From a virus (lineage: Duplodnaviria; Caudoviricetes): a stretch of DNA of 55,214 nt. The stretch covers positions 1 through 55,214 of the IMG/VR virus record IMGVR_UViG_3300040960_000562; one strand, 5' to 3'. The notes under the pieces were generated by a model. The model was not told the DNA's origin. It saw only the letters and a list, made by a program, of their open reading frames with translations, and ran no database searches. Position 1 is the first letter of the stretch. Every line of letters starts with the position of its first letter. A program made the translations under genes and the position numbers. This document shows positions 54,168 to 55,214 of this stretch, one piece after another.

Positions 54168-55213
54168 CAGCACACTCCTGCTTTCTTTAGATTTAAGTAA
54201 GTATTGATAGAAGTAGCAATCTCTTTAGACTTCTTGGGGCGACGCTCACCATGAAGAAGGTCAAGACCTTCCTTAGAGTGATACTGAGTTCCAGAATACT
54301 TTGTCTTGGGAAGATTCCAGGCACCATTCTTTTGCAATGTGAAAGGAACCTCAATGTTTGCAATTACGCCAGTAGAGTCACTCAGAGTGAACAAAACACC
54401 TTTCTTGTTTGTAGTATATTCTACCACACATTCATCAGAATTAACACGCTTCAGAATCTGTGCGTATTTCTCATTAAACAGAGAGCAAAGATATTTACCC
54501 TTACCAATGAGAAGAATCTCTTCATCATAGTTAAGACCCGCCATCTTGATGATGCGTTTCTTCACTACATCTTTAGAGATGGAGTCCAGGGCAGAAATGA
54601 TAGTTTCCGCTGCTTTAAGACCATAAGTTGCACAGTCATTCTTCCACTGAGAAGATACATTCTTCCAGTAACGTGCCTGCTCACCATAGGTATAGAACTC
54701 CTTGATAGTATCATTTACGGTATCAAAGAAGTTATATACATCCTTAAGAGTATTGTATCCCATCTTATCAATCAAACTATCACGATGATCGCGATTACAT
54801 CCCTGAAATACTTCTTCTGTGTATGGGTCAATAAATGTACCAACCCCAGCAGATTCGAACAAGAAATTGTTTAGAAAAGAGTGCCAGGTTCCAGAACACA
54901 ACTGAATACGACTAAAACCTTTCTTATAGTTCTTTAGGGAGAAAGATACATGACTATTATCCTCAAAAAGAACAATAAAATCTCCCTTTAGTTTCTGATC
55001 ACGAAACTCTTTTTCTACATCTACAATATCAAACTTCTTACCAGGATACTTTACCAGTAAGTTCTGAAAGAAGTCATCAACTATCTTATCAATGTTTTCT
55101 TTATAGACACTCTTATTGAAGTCATTCATCACATCACGTTCTTCACAATACTCTACAAAAGTATTTTTTTTCTCTTGCACATCATCAGTGATGGCAACAC
55201 CATTCTCAACGGC
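54167..55213 (-). CDS. Putative restriction endonuclease, 5'-partial
   Basis: Frame stays open to the window edge, so the GTG at 55180 is probably not the start; KGD...SFSLK resembles a PD-(D/E)xK variant; TGATG-coupled to the MTase. Confidence 0.5.
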   Translation of the reverse strand, partial: AVENGVAITDDVQEKKNTFVEYCEERDVMNDFNKSVYKENIDKIVDDFFQNLLVKYPGKKFDIVDVEKEFRDQKLKGDFIVLFEDNSHVSFSLKNYKKGFSRIQLCSGTWHSFLNNFLFESAGVGTFIDPYTEEVFQGCNRDHRDSLIDKMGYNTLKDVYNFFDTVNDTIKEFYTYGEQARYWKNVSSQWKNDCATYGLKAAETIISALDSISKDVVKKRIIKMAGLNYDEEILLIGKGKYLCSLFNEKYAQILKRVNSDECVVEYTTNKKGVLFTLSDSTGVIANIEVPFTLQKNGAWNLPKTKYSGTQYHSKEGLDLLHGERRPKKSKEIATSINTYLNLKKAGVC

Positions 55214-55214
55214 A

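Noticed and set aside
49570-54874. Long plus-strand ORFs (194, 191 and 207 aa)
   Set aside because: Antisense to motif-bearing genes; no recognisable features.

Overview
Segment of a T4-like cyanophage (cyanomyovirus-type) genome; essentially all genes are on the minus strand. 1-38.8 kb is the virion morphogenesis module in T4 order, read right to left: g25, g6, g7 (3953 aa), g8, a 2347-aa VrlC-like structural protein, g13, g14, g15, g16, g17, g18, g19, g20, g21 and the start of g22. It is driven by T4-type late promoters (TATAAATA and variants). 38.8-41.1 kb holds an ATP-grasp-like protein, a small basic peptide, a GT2-like glycosyltransferase and an AbrB-like protein. 41.2-52.8 kb is an accessory/early region of about 35 small ORFs, many with their own promoter built from a -10 box and a TGTGCCA-N10-TGGCACA-type inverted repeat 28-31 bp upstream. 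This region also has a repeat-rich, AT-rich origin-like segment (44.6-45.5 kb), two 2OG-Fe(II) oxygenases and a KxDG ligase-like protein. The window ends with two candidate restriction-modification pairs, one with an adenine methyltransferase split over two genes in swapped order. Other highlights: a 608-aa late protein that looks like a prohead-protease-processed polyprotein, a protein with a T4 internal-protein capsid-targeting N-terminus, and a frameshifted remnant where a tail-fibre gene would be expected. All calls come from reading motifs by eye; no database searches were run.
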